From Candidatus Altimarinota bacterium (lineage in GTDB: Bacteria; Patescibacteriota; Gracilibacteria; CAIRYL01), in NCBI GenBank assembly GCA_965250085.1, contig OZ252287.1:1152001-1216000 (forward strand): a stretch of DNA of 64,000 nt. The letters are read 5' to 3'. The position numbers and the translations under genes are program-made. Of this stretch, positions 49,407 through 59,609 are shown piece by piece. Each line of letters opens with the position of its first letter. Position 1 is the stretch's first letter. A model generated the notes under the pieces. It searched no databases and was not told the DNA's origin. It worked only from the letters and a program-made list of their open reading frames with translations.

Positions 49407-50657
49407 ATGAAAACTCTTTTTAAAAAAATCATTATTGCTTTGCTTTTAAGCAGAGCTCAAAAAGTTTTGGCATCCAAACCAAAGGTGATTGCCATTACTG
49501 GCTCTATGGGGAAGACCACATGCAAAAAAGCAGTGCAACACGTCGTCAGTCAAAAATATGTAACGCTTTCTTCTGCGGAAGGATTCAATACAGAAATTGG
49601 GACTCTTCTTACTCTTTTGGGAGAGAAAGAGTCAGGTTTTACCTCTCCCTTTAAATGGGGACATATCATTTGGCGGTGCTTTACGAAAAAATTGCCTGCC
49701 CCTCGCGTTATCGTTCTCGAATTTGGAGTAGACGCACCAGGAGACATGAAGGCACTCCTAAAAATCGTAACCCCTGACATCGCTGTAATCACAAACGTTG
49801 CACCAGTACACTTGTCTGAAGATCAGTTTACAACAATTGATGATATTGCTGATGAAAAGATGAAGCTTCTTCAGAATATTTCATCCTCTTCTGTCGCTAT
49901 ATATAATAGCGACAATCCCTTCATTGCCCAGAGAACAAAATTAATCCATGCAAAAAAAATCTCCTATGGATCTGATATCGCCAGTGCCTATTATGTTCAT
50001 GAAATGCACACCTCTCAAAAAGGAATTTCGTTTGAAGTTACCAATAAACAAAATTCTCAAAATTATACGATACCGCTTTTTGGAACATACCATTGGACAG
50101 CTCTGGTGCCAGCCATCATCATTGGAAGACTGCTGGGCATTAGTCTCAGTGAAAGCGTCCAGTCTCTTCAGAATTTTTCTCCTCCCTCAGGACGTGGAAG
50201 AATCTTGGAAGGAAAGAAAGGAAGTATTCTCTGGGATCACTCCTATAACTCAGCACCGGAAGCAACTACTGCAGCACTCAAAGAACTCAGGCATCTGCCA
50301 GGAAAGAGAAAAATAGCACTTCTGGGAAACATGAATGAACTCGGTAAAAAATCACCCGGATATCATCGAGATCTTGGAAAAATTGCCGCTGAATATGCTG
50401 ATGAAATCTTTTTTGTCGGGAAAGAGGCAAAGAGTTTTTTACAAGGGGTGCAAAAAAAAAGGCCTGTTACGGTGTTCCCTTCTGCTCAAGAAGCAGGAAA
50501 AGCACTTAAAAAAGTTCTTCAAAAGGGAGATTTTGTGCTGATAAAAGGTTCTCAAAATGGAGTCTTTCTTGAACGCGCAGTACGCCAGCTCCTTCTGCAT
50601 TCCAAAGATCAGGTACTGCTCTGTCGGCAGGGAGAATATTGGAAAAGCAAAATTTGA
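49407..50657 (+). CDS. murF: UDP-MurNAc-tripeptide:D-Ala-D-Ala ligase
   Basis: ITGSMGKTT, NTEIG, SYNSAPE, LGNMNELG, IKGSQ. Confidence 0.92.
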   Translation: MKTLFKKIIIALLLSRAQKVLASKPKVIAITGSMGKTTCKKAVQHVVSQKYVTLSSAEGFNTEIGTLLTLLGEKESGFTSPFKWGHIIWRCFTKKLPAPRVIVLEFGVDAPGDMKALLKIVTPDIAVITNVAPVHLSEDQFTTIDDIADEKMKLLQNISSSSVAIYNSDNPFIAQRTKLIHAKKISYGSDIASAYYVHEMHTSQKGISFEVTNKQNSQNYTIPLFGTYHWTALVPAIIIGRLLGISLSESVQSLQNFSPPSGRGRILEGKKGSILWDHSYNSAPEATTAALKELRHLPGKRKIALLGNMNELGKKSPGYHRDLGKIAAEYADEIFFVGKEAKSFLQGVQKKRPVTVFPSAQEAGKALKKVLQKGDFVLIKGSQNGVFLERAVRQLLLHSKDQVLLCRQGEYWKSKI

Positions 50658-50705
50658 CAAAAAAATATTGGTCTTCTATATTCAGTCTCTCTCTTATTGT
50701 TTTCT

Positions 50706-51122
50706 ATGAATCCTGCAGAAGCTATGCAAGAATCGCCACAAGACCAAGATCAGAAGATTAAAAATAATCTTATTCGGAGCGTAGTACAATCCTTCTTGGA
50801 ACAAGAGGGTTCAAGCGATCAAAAAAATATCATAGGGAAAGTTCTCAGTGAAAAACTATCTGATACAGATACGAGGAGCCCATTAAGACTTGCATTTCAT
50901 GCAGCTCTCTCAGCGGCAAAAATATTTCAACACGTGCAAGAGGGGGAAGAAGATGCAATTCCGCTTGAAAGAGGTGATGGAAGCCATCAAGGAGCTGAAG
51001 CACGTATTACAAAAGTGCGGTTTCAAGACGAAGCACTGAGGGTGCTAGAAGAGTACTTCACTACTTTGTCTCTGCAAACCGAAATTCACGATCAAATAGA
51101 AAATGAGATAGAGGCATCGTAA
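50706..51122 (+). CDS. Hypothetical protein
   Basis: ORF with TTGACA-N17-TATATT promoter at 50654. Confidence 0.65.
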   Translation: MNPAEAMQESPQDQDQKIKNNLIRSVVQSFLEQEGSSDQKNIIGKVLSEKLSDTDTRSPLRLAFHAALSAAKIFQHVQEGEEDAIPLERGDGSHQGAEARITKVRFQDEALRVLEEYFTTLSLQTEIHDQIENEIEAS

Positions 51123-51242
51123 AAATCTCAAGCTTTTCAGGAAAAAATCATATTTTGTTACAAAACGTATGTTTTTCGAGCTGTTTTGCTGTTTCTCACA
51201 AGGTGGCGTGATATACTGGGCGCACTTTTCTTCATTTTTATT

Positions 51243-51890
51243 ATGCAAATCTATTTGGACACCGCAAATCTTGAAGATATCAAAAAATATGCTTCATGGG
51301 GTATTGTAGATGGTGTTACCACCAATCCTTCACTCGTCGCTAAAGAGGAAGGGGTTGATTTTGAAACTCGAGTCAAAGAAATTGCCAAAGTAATTTCCGG
51401 GCCAGTAAGCGCAGAGGTGATTTCTGTTGATGCCGAAGGCATGGTAGAAGAAGGGCGACGAAATGCCAGTTGGGCAAAAAATGTATTTGTAAAACTTCCC
51501 ATGACAACAGAAGGACTGAAGGCCTGTAAAGTTTTAAGCAGTGAAGACGTCAAAATAAATATGACTCTTATTTTTAGCGCATCTCAGGCGCTTCTCGCCG
51601 CTAAGGCAGGAGCCACTCTTGTAAGCCCATTTGTCGGAAGGATTGATGATATCAATCACGACGGTATGGAAGTCATCTATGATATTGTGGATATTTTTGC
51701 CACTTATGGGATCGAAACAAAAGTTCTCGCGGCGAGTATTCGACATCAACAACATGTTTTGGAATCTATGAAGGCAGGAGCTGATATTGCCACCATGCCT
51801 CCTTCTATTCTTGAAAAAATGGCTGCGCATCCACTCACAGATAGTGGACTTGCCGCATTTTTATCTGACTGGGAAAAGCGAAAAAAATAG
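51243..51890 (+). CDS. fsa: Transaldolase / fructose-6-phosphate aldolase
   Basis: [39 protein letters not shown]. Confidence 0.95.
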   Translation: MQIYLDTANLEDIKKYASWGIVDGVTTNPSLVAKEEGVDFETRVKEIAKVISGPVSAEVISVDAEGMVEEGRRNASWAKNVFVKLPMTTEGLKACKVLSSEDVKINMTLIFSASQALLAAKAGATLVSPFVGRIDDINHDGMEVIYDIVDIFATYGIETKVLAASIRHQQHVLESMKAGADIATMPPSILEKMAAHPLTDSGLAAFLSDWEKRKK

Positions 51891-51899
51891 GAAAAATTG

Positions 51900-51927
51900 A
51901 TTTTAAATTCTAAATTTTGAGTTTTGA
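51900..51927. repeat. 7-bp-periodic array
   Basis: ATTTTAA ATTCTAA ATTTTGA GTTTTGA. Confidence 0.6.
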
Positions 51928-51968
51928 ACAAAGATATTATGAAATTTATAATTTAACACTTACTCTGT

Positions 51969-52586
51969 ATGTCAAAAAGCAATATTTCATATATCTTGTT
52001 TTTAGCAGGTATCGGTGTTGTATTACTTGTCGGATTCTTTCTTAGGGATACTTCTTACACAGATAGACAACAGATCTCCTCTAAAAAAACTCCGAATGAT
52101 ATATTTGAACTACCGGTTTCTGATAATTATTATGGACCTCAAATAGTGGTAAGTCCTGAGGAATTTAATGATAAAGAATTGCTCAAATTTATTTCAGATC
52201 AGCATAAACAAGTTCATTATACAAGAGATGAAGAAAATGTTTACTTTCAAGGTAATAAAATTGAAGGAGCTGATGCGGACACTTTTCAAATTCTTGGAGA
52301 ATACGAGGCAAAAGATGCCAACTCAATTTATCTTCGTGGAAAAAAAATATTCCCAGAGGTAGACGTAGATACATTTGAAGTGCTTCTCGGTGGATGTCTT
52401 TACAGAGACAAAAACGGTGTGTATTCAGAAACATTTGTGAAGCAAGATGTTGCCAACCTCCTATCATTTAGAATATATGAAAAACAATATGCAGTGGATG
52501 ATCAGTTTTTATATGCAATTAAAAGAGGATTACAAAAAAACGGAACTTGCCATCTAGAAAAACAAGCATTACCACAATTTCTTTAG
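51969..52586 (+). CDS. DKNYY-repeat protein with N-terminal TM
   Basis: YTRDEENVYFQG, IEGADADTF, AKDANSIY, DKNGVY. Confidence 0.82.
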   Translation: MSKSNISYILFLAGIGVVLLVGFFLRDTSYTDRQQISSKKTPNDIFELPVSDNYYGPQIVVSPEEFNDKELLKFISDQHKQVHYTRDEENVYFQGNKIEGADADTFQILGEYEAKDANSIYLRGKKIFPEVDVDTFEVLLGGCLYRDKNGVYSETFVKQDVANLLSFRIYEKQYAVDDQFLYAIKRGLQKNGTCHLEKQALPQFL

Positions 52587-52597
52587 TAAGAGTTTTT

Positions 52598-53890
52598 ATG
52601 ATCACCCTCGATACCTCAGCACTTCTCCAAATCTCATCTCAGCATGGGCTCTCTGAGGATGAATTGAGTGGCCAGGACGATAAAATTGCTAACTTTCTCA
52701 AAAAAATAAAAGCACGTGGTCAAGGATTTTATACCGATGAAGTGTTGAACGATGAAAAACTTATAACCGACATCGAATCGTATACCAAAAGTGTAGAAGG
52801 GAAATATGATCATGTGATTGTCTTGGGTATTGGAGGGTCATCGCTGGGTATGATCTGCCTAAAAGAAGCGTTTGGAAATTTGTTTACGGGGACATCTCCA
52901 CAAGTGCATGTTCTGGACAACATTGATCCTTCTTTTCTGAAAGAATGTGAAGATCATCTGGATGTCAAAAAAACTCTTTTTATTGTGATCAGTAAATCTG
53001 GAGGAACTCCGGAAATACTTTCTGAATATTTTTATTTTTCAGAAAAAGTGGCAAAAGCGGGTCTCAAAGTAAAAGATCATTTTGTCTGTATTACGGATCC
53101 AGAAAAAGGATTTTTGCGAGAAGAGGTCAACAAGAAGGACATAGAGTCTTTTTCCGTGCCAAACAATGTGGGAGGTCGATTCTCAGTCCTTACCGCTGTG
53201 GGCCTTGTGCCAGCAGCGCTTGCAGGCATTGATATTCGTGGGCTTTTACAAGGAGCACGAGCTATGCGTGATACATTTCTTTCGGAGAACGGCAGCAAAA
53301 ATATCAGCTTCCAACTCGCAACGGTGCAATATCTTTTGGCACAGAAAGGAAAGACTATGAATGTCATGATGCCATATTCACAGAAGCTCTATCGAATGGC
53401 TGACTGGTATCGTCAGCTTTTGGCAGAGTCGATTGGAAAAAAACAAAGTGAAACCGGGAAGGAGGTTCATGTCGGACTTACTCCAGTGAATGCTCTCGGA
53501 GCAACAGATCAGCATTCACAATCACAGCTGTATATGGAAGGTCCTTTTGATAAATTTTTTATTTTTCTGGAGCTGGAGGATTTTGGAACAGATATGGAGA
53601 TCCCTCTTCCACATCCAGATGATGAACGGGTCAATTTCTTAAAAAATACGAGTTTTCAAAAATTGATGCATACAGAAAAAGCTGGTACTGCTGGAGCCCT
53701 TACAGAAAACAATCGGCCGTATATTACGGTCAAAATTCCAAATATTTCAGAAGAACATATGGGACAACTTTTTCTGTTTTTTGAAGGAGCGATCGCTTTC
53801 TTGGGAGAATATTACTCGATTAACGCTTTTGACCAACCGGGAGTAGAGCTTTCCAAAAATTTGACGAAGAAGTTGCTTTTGAAATCGTGA
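52598..53890 (+). CDS. pgi: Glucose-6-phosphate isomerase
   Basis: GIGGSSLG, ISKSGGTPE, VGGRFSVL, QLLAESIGK, NAFDQPGVE. Confidence 0.98.
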   Translation: MITLDTSALLQISSQHGLSEDELSGQDDKIANFLKKIKARGQGFYTDEVLNDEKLITDIESYTKSVEGKYDHVIVLGIGGSSLGMICLKEAFGNLFTGTSPQVHVLDNIDPSFLKECEDHLDVKKTLFIVISKSGGTPEILSEYFYFSEKVAKAGLKVKDHFVCITDPEKGFLREEVNKKDIESFSVPNNVGGRFSVLTAVGLVPAALAGIDIRGLLQGARAMRDTFLSENGSKNISFQLATVQYLLAQKGKTMNVMMPYSQKLYRMADWYRQLLAESIGKKQSETGKEVHVGLTPVNALGATDQHSQSQLYMEGPFDKFFIFLELEDFGTDMEIPLPHPDDERVNFLKNTSFQKLMHTEKAGTAGALTENNRPYITVKIPNISEEHMGQLFLFFEGAIAFLGEYYSINAFDQPGVELSKNLTKKLLLKS

Positions 53891-53897
53891 AGTGCTT

Positions 53898-53997
53898 GAT
53901 AAAATCCCCCTCAATCCCCCTTTTTCAAAGGGGGAAGTTCCCCTCTTTACAAAAGAGGGGTTCCCTAAAGGGATCACTTCGTAGCTAGGGGAGATTT
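53898..53997 (-). repeat. 100-bp composite palindromic element (intergenic copy)
   Basis: Reverse complement matches 60523-60622 with 4 mismatches. Confidence 0.95.
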
Positions 53998-54054
53998 TTA
54001 TTGCACATTCAACTCTCAACATTGTACATTGAAGAACGATTTTCTTATTGACCT

Positions 54055-54753
54055 ATGGATCGAGCAGAACGAATTCAACTCTGGATATCCTATTTTATTC
54101 GTATCAATCTTCTGATTGCGCTGGTCGTTGCTGTCGTGACAGGTCAATGGCTCAACCTTTTTCTCATCGTTATTATTTTTGCTCTTACCTTTCTCCCCGC
54201 ACTCCTAGAGCGCAACTACAAGGTCTCCTTACCTATTGAGTTTGAATTTGCCATTATTGTTTTTGTGTATCTTTCCCTCTATCTGGGAGACTACCATTCG
54301 TTCTATTCTCGGTTCTGGTGGTGGGATATTTTTCTTCACGCTGGATCGGGGCTCATTCTTGGATTCATTGGGTTTCTTATTGTGTATATTCTCAATACTG
54401 AGCAAAAAATACGACTCCATATGGCACCAAAGTTTGCGGCGCTTTTTTCGTTCACGTTTTCCATCGCCCTAGGAGCGATGTGGGAGATGATAGAGTTTGT
54501 ACTTGATGTTATATTGGGATCCAATATGCAGAAATCAGGACTTCAGGATACTATGCTTGATCTTATGCTCGATACAGCAGGAGCTCTTGTTGTTTCCATA
54601 TTTGGATATCTGTACCTCAAAAGAGGAAAAGCATTCTTGTTTGATACAATCCTCAGAAATTTTATTGAAGAGAACCCCAAGCTTTTTGCAGGACATAAGT
54701 TTCTCCTCGGGAAAAAACTGAAGGAGAAGTGGAAGGAAAGAAAGAAGTTGTAA
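54055..54753 (+). CDS. YjdF/DUF2238-like membrane protein
   Basis: WWDIFLH, WEMIEF, DTMLDL motifs, multiple TMs. Confidence 0.8.
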   Translation: MDRAERIQLWISYFIRINLLIALVVAVVTGQWLNLFLIVIIFALTFLPALLERNYKVSLPIEFEFAIIVFVYLSLYLGDYHSFYSRFWWWDIFLHAGSGLILGFIGFLIVYILNTEQKIRLHMAPKFAALFSFTFSIALGAMWEMIEFVLDVILGSNMQKSGLQDTMLDLMLDTAGALVVSIFGYLYLKRGKAFLFDTILRNFIEENPKLFAGHKFLLGKKLKEKWKERKKL

Positions 54754-54914
54754 GAAGTTTAAAAAAATCGTTACTGATATGTGCTTATAAATCGCATCTC
54801 TCATAGTTCTACAATTTTTGCGCGAGTTGTAAACGCACACGAGTAAGAACATAGCGAAATATATTGACACTTCTTTATTATAAGCCTATATTCATACTAA
54901 ATTTTTCGTTCAAA

Positions 54915-55400
54915 ATGGACAAACTTATGTCTGAAACACCCGAAGTTGAATCAAATAGAGAAGAGATACCTCAATCATCTCCAGATATAACGCTCATAAA
55001 AAAAAAGATGACTTTCGCGGTGACAGCCTGCATTGGTTTATTCTTTGGCACTGGAGTTTTGTTGGAAAATGCTCGGAGAACACAAGAGCTCACTAAAGTT
55101 GTTACTGGTCTTTCTTTGTATGATCCCACCTTGTCAAAAACTCCAATTGCTATTCGTTGTACTCCTGATCCAACATCCACTCCTCAAGGATTTGTTGACT
55201 CAAATGGGATTTTAAAAGAAACAAATTGCCATCTTGATGCCGGACGCTTACGAGAATGGATGTTATCAGAAGAGCGAAAGGCCCAAGAATTTCGAGAATG
55301 GCTGAATGGTCAGGAATTTGTGACAGCAGAAGATGGATCCAAAGAAAAGGAAGTCACTTTGAGTGAATATATTGAAGCCGTGACAGCAGAGGAAGAATAA
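54915..55400 (+). CDS. Hypothetical single-TM protein
   Basis: ORF with TTGACA-N17-TATATT promoter at 54864. Confidence 0.65.
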   Translation: MDKLMSETPEVESNREEIPQSSPDITLIKKKMTFAVTACIGLFFGTGVLLENARRTQELTKVVTGLSLYDPTLSKTPIAIRCTPDPTSTPQGFVDSNGILKETNCHLDAGRLREWMLSEERKAQEFREWLNGQEFVTAEDGSKEKEVTLSEYIEAVTAEEE

Positions 55401-55404
55401 ATGC

Positions 55405-55890
55405 TTACTCTCTCTCTCCGAGTTCCTTATCGAGTATATAGAGACTTGATCCCGAGGATCCGATCATCTTTATTTTTTCGATCACTGCTGAGACAGAAGA
55501 TTCTTCTTCAACCTGTTCGTCTATAAACCACTGCAGGAATGACTGAAATGGATAGTCTTTTTCTTTCACTGCCAAGTCGTACAAGCTGTGTATCATTTTT
55601 GTTACGTTTTGTTCCTGCTTCAATGATGCTTCAAAGACATTGAGCAATGATGAATAGCTTGCTTTGGGAGCACTGAGGCTTTTGAGTTCAATATTTCCTC
55701 CGCGTTCGAGAAGAAAATTATAAAATTTCATGGCATGGGTCACTTCTTCCTGAGACTGTGCCTGCATCCAGGCGGCTGCACCAGAGAGATTTTGAGAACT
55801 GAGATATGCGGACATTGCCAGATATGTATATGCGGATACAAGCTCTGCATTGATCTGGGCATTGATAGCATCCACTATATTTTTTTTCAT
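55405..55890 (-). CDS. ftnA: Non-heme ferritin
   Basis: QINAELVSAYTYLAM, EEVTHAMKF, FLQWFIDEQVEEE. Confidence 0.95.
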   Translation of the reverse strand: MKKNIVDAINAQINAELVSAYTYLAMSAYLSSQNLSGAAAWMQAQSQEEVTHAMKFYNFLLERGGNIELKSLSAPKASYSSLLNVFEASLKQEQNVTKMIHSLYDLAVKEKDYPFQSFLQWFIDEQVEEESSVSAVIEKIKMIGSSGSSLYILDKELGERE

Positions 55891-56036
55891 GTTTTCAAAA
55901 AAAAGGTGAAGAAATTGTACGGCTTTTTCTACAGAAAATCCAAGACAAACCGTGCTTATGATCACAAAAAATATCAATACCGATTTGTGATTTTTGACGG
56001 AGAGAACTAAGATCAAGCACACATGTTTTTATTCGA

Positions 56037-56948
56037 ATAAACCTCAAACAACATCTTGCCGGCACCAAAGCTCCTACAGATGTACAAAAGGTTATTCTCG
56101 CTATTTCTCAAGCAGGAAAGAAGATCTATGAAGCTTTGAAAACACAAAAAATAGAGTATTCCACCACTCAAAACACTTCTGGAGAAGTGCAACTTTCACA
56201 TGATCTTCTTGCTGACGAAATCCTCAAAGAAGCACTCGAAGAATCTGGTGTCGTCTCCTGCTTTGTTTCTGAAGAGAGAGCAACGGAACTGTGCTTTGTT
56301 GAGCATGCTCCGCAAAAACTTCTCATTGCCTTTGATCCTATTGATGGATCATCTGTTGCCAGTTCTGGACTGGCGGTAGGAACCTCTGTTGGTATTTACA
56401 GAGGGGTAAACAGTTTTCTTGAGGCAACGGGTAGAGATCAAGTCGCCTCGATGTTTCTGCTGTATGGTCCGCGTGTCATTTTGGTCTACACGGTGTGCGA
56501 AGGAGTAGATGTATTTGCCCTTGATGAAAAAACAGGAGAGTTTGAGCACGAACAGGAAGATGTGAAACTTGCAGAGAATATTAAAATTTGTGGACTGGGA
56601 GCGATGCAAAAACTTCATCAGGTATCAGGATATGACAAACTCATTGATTTTTGGCAAAAAGAACACTATTCCGTTCGATATTCTGGCAGTATGGCAGGAG
56701 ATATGAATGCGCTGCTCAAGAAAGGAGGTGGAGTGTTTGCATATCCGGCGCCAAAACTTCGCCTCTTATACGAGTGTAATCCTTTTTCCCTCCTTGTAGA
56801 ACAAGCGGGAGGCAAAGCTTGTAATTTAAAAGGAGAAGATATCTTGGATCAAAATATTACGGAAATCGAAAGTCCTTCCCCGATCATTATTGGAGCACAG
56901 AAAGAAGTGAATGATGCCTTGAGGTTTTTTATGAAAGGTGAAATATGA
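56037..56948 (+). CDS. fbp: Fructose-1,6-bisphosphatase class 1 (start codon unresolved)
   Basis: VSEE, FDPIDGSS, YGP, RYSGSMAGD, KLRLLYECNP; frame open upstream of TTG 56136 with conserved N-terminal helices. Confidence 0.92.
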   Translation: MNLKQHLAGTKAPTDVQKVILAISQAGKKIYEALKTQKIEYSTTQNTSGEVQLSHDLLADEILKEALEESGVVSCFVSEERATELCFVEHAPQKLLIAFDPIDGSSVASSGLAVGTSVGIYRGVNSFLEATGRDQVASMFLLYGPRVILVYTVCEGVDVFALDEKTGEFEHEQEDVKLAENIKICGLGAMQKLHQVSGYDKLIDFWQKEHYSVRYSGSMAGDMNALLKKGGGVFAYPAPKLRLLYECNPFSLLVEQAGGKACNLKGEDILDQNITEIESPSPIIIGAQKEVNDALRFFMKGEI

Positions 56949-56955
56949 AAAAATA

Positions 56956-56990
56956 CTCTCCTCCTTATTGAGGGGGAGCTACGAGAGGGT
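56956..56990 (-). repeat. REP-like hairpin, same family as 33873
   Basis: Minus strand ACCCTCTCGTAGCTCCCCCTCAATAAGGAGGAG. Confidence 0.65.
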
Positions 56991-58060
56991 GGACATCGCA
57001 CCAAAAGATTAGAAGAGGGATAGAAAACACTGTACAGTTGTACTGTTTTTACTTTTGGAATCATGAAACGAAACATAATTCTCATTATTTACTTACTTCT
57101 GTTTTTTGGATCAAACCATGAATTTGTTTCAGGACAATATTATTCTCCTCGTACCTTACGGTGTTCTGAAATTGAAGGAGCGGATTGTCGGTCATTTGTT
57201 CTTTTTGGATATGGATATTCAAAAGATAAAAACTTTGCGTATTTTGAAGACAAGATCGTAGAAGAAGCCGATGTTACTTCTTTTGATGTCGATGAAGATA
57301 GTGGAATTGCAAAAGACAAAAAATTTGTTTATTGAGCAGACAAATCCATTCCAGGTGCAGATGTTCTATCTTACCAGAAATTATATATGCCAAGTGGAGA
57401 AATTCATACATATCCCTATGCGAAAGATGATAACTTTGGCTACTACGATTGCATAAAAATAGAAAACAGCGATGGAGCTTCTCTCGAAGTAATCAATTAT
57501 TACTACGCGAAAGATAAGGATTTTATGTATTACCAAGAAAAACCTATATCAAAAGCAGATATTGCATCTTTTGAAGTTCTCGGGTTTGGCTATGCGAAAG
57601 ATAGGAATTTTGTGTATTACGAAGAAAATCTTATACCAGGAGCAGATGTATCATCTTTTGAGAATCTTGACAAAGATTATTATGCGAAAGACAAAAACTT
57701 TACATACTACCAGGGAGAAAAAGTGGAACTTCTCGAATTATCGTCCTTTATTGTACTTGATTCCGAGTATAAAAAACTTGAAAACTCAATATACTATGAA
57801 GATAGAAAAATAGAAGGAGTTGATATTACCTCTTTTGAAGTTCTCGAATCTGGCTATGCTAAAGATAAAAACGCGGCATATTTCAAAGGAAAAAAGATTC
57901 ATAACAGTGATGTCGATTCTTTTGAATATGTTGGCTATTCTTTTAAGCATTTGAATGGCATTTCCTATCATTGCCACTATGCAAAAGATAAAAGCTTGGT
58001 GTATTGTAATGGTCTCATTGACATGCAGTATGACAGTGCTTCATTTGAGGTATTAACTTA

Positions 58061-58770
58061 GGCTCTTGAGTAGAATAATTACTTCAATTATTCTCTTAAC
58101 ATGCTTAAACATAGTAAAATATCGAATTATAAGATCAAAAAAATATTGAAGTGTTTTTGTGAAGATCTCAATGCATCAAAAACAGCAAATATTCTAGATC
58201 TCAATCGGAGAACGGTTGATCGATATTTTAATATTTTTAGAGAAAAGATTGCAAAGTTCTCTTTAGCACAGTCAAAGAGTTTTGGAGAATTTGAACTTGA
58301 TGAAAGTTACTTTGGAGCAAAGAGAGTGAGAGGAAAGAGAGGAAGAGGAGCCGCAGGAAAGACTCCTGTCTTTGGAATCCTTCAAAGAGAAGGAAGGGTA
58401 TTTGTTTCTATTGTAAAAGATTGCTCCAGAAAAGAGCTCCTACCTATTATTCAAGGAAAAATACTAGAAGGATCAACTATTCATACTGATGGATGGAGAG
58501 CTTATGATGGACTCATTCTCAATGGATATGATCACTATCGTATTCATCACTCAGAAAATGAATTTGCACGAGGAAAATGTCATGTAAATGGTATTGAATC
58601 CTTTTGGTCTTTTGCGAAAAGAAGACTCTCTAAGTTTAACGGAATTGCTTCTCACAAGTTTAACTTTCACCTCAAAGAATGTGAGTGGCGATGGAACTAT
58701 AAAGATCAAGATATTTTTGTTATAATGTCCAAAATTATCAGAGATTTTTAAAATCTCCTACTCTAGAGCC
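58061..58770 (+). mobile_element. IS1595-family insertion sequence
   Basis: TIR GGCTCTTGAGTAG / CTACTCTAGAGCC (12/13); TAACTTA duplicated at 58054-58060 and 58771-58777. Confidence 0.95.
58101..58751 (+). CDS. IS1595 (ISXO2-like) transposase
   Basis: ELDESYFG, RGRGAAGKTPVFG, IHTDGWRAY, HVNGIESFWS, LKECEWR. Confidence 0.96.
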   Translation: MLKHSKISNYKIKKILKCFCEDLNASKTANILDLNRRTVDRYFNIFREKIAKFSLAQSKSFGEFELDESYFGAKRVRGKRGRGAAGKTPVFGILQREGRVFVSIVKDCSRKELLPIIQGKILEGSTIHTDGWRAYDGLILNGYDHYRIHHSENEFARGKCHVNGIESFWSFAKRRLSKFNGIASHKFNFHLKECEWRWNYKDQDIFVIMSKIIRDF

Positions 58771-59609
58771 TAACTTATTACTATACAAAGGATAAAGCAT
58801 CAGGATATCTCCAGGGGAAAGAGATAGAAGGGAGTGATGGAACCTCTTTTGAAGGTTTGGACAGTAATTATGCGAGAGACAAAAATACTGTGTATTATTG
58901 GGATAAAAAAATAGAAGCAAGTGATCCTGCTTCGTTTGAAATCATTGACTCTATATATACGAAGGATAATAACTATAGGTATGCGTGGGGGGAAAAGTTT
59001 GTATGGAAAATTAAAGAGGATTCCCCATATTGGGAGGAAGTATATTTTTTGTCGCAACAGTATATATACAGCAACTATGCGGAAAGGGGATTCGATCTTA
59101 AGGAATTCGTGGATAGAGTACAGTTTATAGAATTCATTGTTGCAATTAATTATGATCAATCTCATGCTGAGGAATGTATCCAAAAACAGAGTGATGCTCT
59201 TTTTCCAGATGTTTCATCTGAAGAATGGTTTGCTCCGTATGTATGTGTTGCTCGGCAGGAAGAATTAGTGCAAGGCTATCAAGATGGACTTTTTTATCCC
59301 ACAAAAAATATTACCTTTGCCGAAGCCGCCAAAATTATATCTCTTATAAAAAATAAGGAAATTAAACCTGGTACAAGTTTTGAGTGGCACATCCCATATG
59401 TTGAGTTTCTGAAGCAAAAAAATGTCGTACCGGACACGAATCCAAGTCCTTCTCAACAACTTACCTGGGGAGAAGCTGCTCAGATGCTTTATCGAATGTC
59501 TCAGCAAGAATAGAAATTATTTGTTACCTTCCTTCCAAAAATTTTCTGGAAAATTAGCCGTTCCTGAGTTCTTTCGCTATACTTGAGGCGATCTCTTGAG
59601 AAACGAAAA

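Larger units (their letters stand above)
57063..59513 (+). pseudogene. DKNYY-repeat plus C-terminal SLH surface protein, disrupted by in-frame TGA (57333-57335) and IS1595
   Basis: 57063 and 57387 ORFs share a frame; removing the IS and one TSD (717 bp) joins ...FEVLT-YYYTKDK... to the 58857 ORF; FPDV..WFAPYV, GYQDGLFYP, ITFAEA SLH motifs. Confidence 0.9.

Noticed and set aside
53747-54022. Minus-strand ORF sharing a peptide with Gnd
   Set aside because: It is only the palindromic repeat read in its stop-free frame, antisense to pgi.
57333-57335. In-frame TGA as evidence of UGA=Gly recoding (code 25)
   Set aside because: TGA is used as a normal stop elsewhere (ATGA overlaps at 25313 and 38445; murF, pgi). 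Long core genes have no internal TGA, and this gene is also IS-disrupted.
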